Assembly: GCA_963760795.1 (NCBI GenBank)
Contig: CAVXEP010000019.1
Location: 224,001-288,000 of the forward strand
Source: an uncultured delta proteobacterium
GTDB taxonomy: Bacteria; Desulfobacterota; Binatia; UBA9968
Reading direction: 5' to 3'
Length of the DNA stretch: 64,000 nt
The translations under genes and the position numbers were made by a program. Shown here one piece after another: positions 61,835 through 64,000 of this stretch (the stretch's first letter is position 1; each line of letters opens with the position of its first letter). Below the pieces are notes generated by a model, which was not told where the DNA came from, made no database searches, and saw only the letters and a program-made list of their open reading frames with translations.

Positions 61835-63085
61835 GTGAACACAACTGAAGTACGCAGAGTTGTCGTGACCGGTATTGGTCTGGTCACGCCATTGGGAACC
61901 GGCGTCGACAAGAACTGGGACGCATTGATGGCCGGGCGCTCGGGCATCCGCAAGATCAGCCGCTTTAATGCCGACGCTTTCGCCTCGCGTATCGCCGGCG
62001 AAGTGCCCGACTTCAACGCCGAAGATTATATCGAAGCGAAAGAGATCAAAAAAATGGATCTCTTCATTCACTACGCCATGGGCGCCACGGCCCAGGCGAT
62101 GGCCGACAGCGGTCTCAAGATCGAAGGCGAATTCGCCGAGAACGTCGGCGTCATCATCGGCGTCGGCATGAACGGCCTCGATACCCTCGAAACCACCAAA
62201 GAAGCGCTGATGGCCGGCGGGCCGCGCAAGATATCGCCATTTTTCATTCCCAAAGTCATTTCCAATCTAGCCCCCGGCCATGTGGCAATTCGTTACGGCG
62301 CCAAGGGCATTAATTTTACGCCGACTTCGGCCTGTGCTTCTGGCACCCATGCGATCGGCGAGGCTTACCATATGATTCGCCGCGGTTTGCAGGATGCCGT
62401 GATCGCCGGCGGCGCCGAAGCGGCGATCACACCGCTGGGGGTGGGCGGTTTCGCCGCGATGAAAGCGCTGTCGACGCGCAACGACGAGCCCGAGCGCGCC
62501 AGCCGGCCCTTCGACAAAGAGCGCGACGGCTTCGTTATCGGCGAGGGCTCCGGCATTTTGATCCTCGAAGAACGCCAGCATGCGCTTGAGCGCGGCGCCA
62601 AAATCTACGCCGAAGTGCTCGGCTACGCGGCCAACGGGGACGCCTATCATATGACCGCGCCGGCGCCCGACGGCGAAGGAGCGGCGCGCTGCATGCGCTT
62701 GGCTTTGAAAGATGCCGGCATGGTGCCGAGCGATGTCAGTTACATCAATGCCCACGGCACGTCGACGGAGTATAACGACGCCAATGAAACCACGGCGATT
62801 AAAACTGTTTTTGGCGAAGTGGCGGCCAAGCTGGCGGTGAGCTCGACCAAATCGATGACCGGACATTTACTCGGTGCCGCTGGCGCGGTGGAAGGTATCT
62901 ATTCGGCGCTGACGCTGCATCACGGCATACTGCCGCCGACGATCAATTATGAAAATCCCGATCCGGCTTGCGATCTCGACTACGTGCCCAATCAAGCGCG
63001 CAAAGCCGATGTCAAAGTCGTGCTTTCCAACTCCTTCGGTTTCGGCGGCACCAATGCTTGCGTGATTTTCGGGAGGTGCGCATGA
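61835..63085 (+). CDS. fabF: 3-oxoacyl-ACP synthase II
   Basis: [42 protein letters not shown]. Confidence 0.96.
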   Translation: MNTTEVRRVVVTGIGLVTPLGTGVDKNWDALMAGRSGIRKISRFNADAFASRIAGEVPDFNAEDYIEAKEIKKMDLFIHYAMGATAQAMADSGLKIEGEFAENVGVIIGVGMNGLDTLETTKEALMAGGPRKISPFFIPKVISNLAPGHVAIRYGAKGINFTPTSACASGTHAIGEAYHMIRRGLQDAVIAGGAEAAITPLGVGGFAAMKALSTRNDEPERASRPFDKERDGFVIGEGSGILILEERQHALERGAKIYAEVLGYAANGDAYHMTAPAPDGEGAARCMRLALKDAGMVPSDVSYINAHGTSTEYNDANETTAIKTVFGEVAAKLAVSSTKSMTGHLLGAAGAVEGIYSALTLHHGILPPTINYENPDPACDLDYVPNQARKADVKVVLSNSFGFGGTNACVIFGRCA

Positions 63086-64000
63086 GCCGCTCCGAACGCC
63101 GCAGCGTGATTCTCGGCACCGGCTCCGAACTGCCGTCTAAAATCATCACCAACCATGACTTGGAAAAGATGGTCGATACCAGCGACGAGTGGATCACCGT
63201 GCGCACCGGCATCAAAGAACGGCGCGTTCTCGAAGAAGGCAAGGGCAATGCCGATATGGCCTACGAAGCGGCCAGACGCGCTCTCGATGACGCTCACGTC
63301 GATCCAAAAGATCTCGATGCCATCATCATGGGCACGGTTTCCGCCGATTATCCGTTTCCCAGTTCCGCCTGCGTCCTCGAGGACAAGCTCGGCGCGCGCA
63401 ATGCTTTTTCCTTTGACGTCGGCGCCGCCTGTGCGGGGTTTCTCAATGCGCTTGCGGTGGGCGATTTATTCGTTCGTAGCGGCAAGGCTGATAAAGCACT
63501 GGTGGTCGGCTCCGACGCCCTAAGCCGCATGCTCAACTGGAAGGATCGTGGCACCTGCATACTGTTTGGCGACGCCGCCGGCGCGGTGGTGCTCGGCGCC
63601 GCCGAAAATGGTTCCGGTGTCTTGAGCACCAAGCTGCGCACCGACGGTTCGTACGTTAAGCAGCTCTACGTTCCCGCCGGCGGCTCGCTCAAGCCTCCCT
63701 GTCCGGAGACGGTGCGCAACAACGAGCACACGATCACCATGAACGGCAAAGAGGTGTTCAAGATCGCCGTGCGTTCCATGGAAGAGATCAGCCGGCAAGC
63801 CCTCGACGAAGCTTGCGTTAGCATCGATCAAGTGGCTCTAGTCATCCCACACCAGGCCAACAAACGCATCATCGTCGCGCTCGCCGAACGGCTCGGCGTG
63901 CCAATGGCCAAAGTCGTGGTCAACGTCGACAAATACGGCAACACCTCGGCGGCATCGATCCCGGTCGCCCTCGACGAAGCCAGACGCGCCGGGCGCATCC
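63082..64000 (+). CDS. fabH: 3-oxoacyl-ACP synthase III (3' end runs off the window)
   Basis: Not in the ORF track. Manual translation from ATG 63082 gives [53 protein letters not shown]. Confidence 0.95.
   Translation, partial: MSRSERRSVILGTGSELPSKIITNHDLEKMVDTSDEWITVRTGIKERRVLEEGKGNADMAYEAARRALDDAHVDPKDLDAIIMGTVSADYPFPSSACVLEDKLGARNAFSFDVGAACAGFLNALAVGDLFVRSGKADKALVVGSDALSRMLNWKDRGTCILFGDAAGAVVLGAAENGSGVLSTKLRTDGSYVKQLYVPAGGSLKPPCPETVRNNEHTITMNGKEVFKIAVRSMEEISRQALDEACVSIDQVALVIPHQANKRIIVALAERLGVPMAKVVVNVDKYGNTSAASIPVALDEARRAGRI

Overview
GC-rich bacterial chromosomal segment with about 57 CDS and no rRNA, tRNA, CRISPR array or transposase that I can see. The many orphan NitT/TauT-type solute-binding proteins, LLM, UbiD and ornithine-cyclodeaminase paralogues suggest a soil/aquifer deltaproteobacterium such as Candidatus Binatia (inference only). 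Core genes are bioB, aas, pgeF, mltA, a three-subunit acyl-CoA carboxylase, a pyruvoyl arginine decarboxylase, tatB/tatC, fabF and fabH, plus many transporters. About ten genes are split by frameshifts, most likely long-read indel errors. Three things stand out. (1) A self-contained ~185-nt transcription unit at 52.6-52.8 kb has a near-consensus sigma70 promoter, a 17-nt stretch complementary to the conserved 16S rRNA 3' end, a 13-codon ORF, a long hairpin and a terminator. (2) A tight operon encodes Aas, a heme-oxygenase-like diiron oxidase fused to an enolase-superfamily enzyme, a GH3 acyl-adenylate ligase and a membrane protein, suggesting an uncharacterised lipid/acyl-amide pathway. (3) Several families of intergenic mirrored short-period repeats often sit next to a YCGGA core. 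Several genes also look leaderless.
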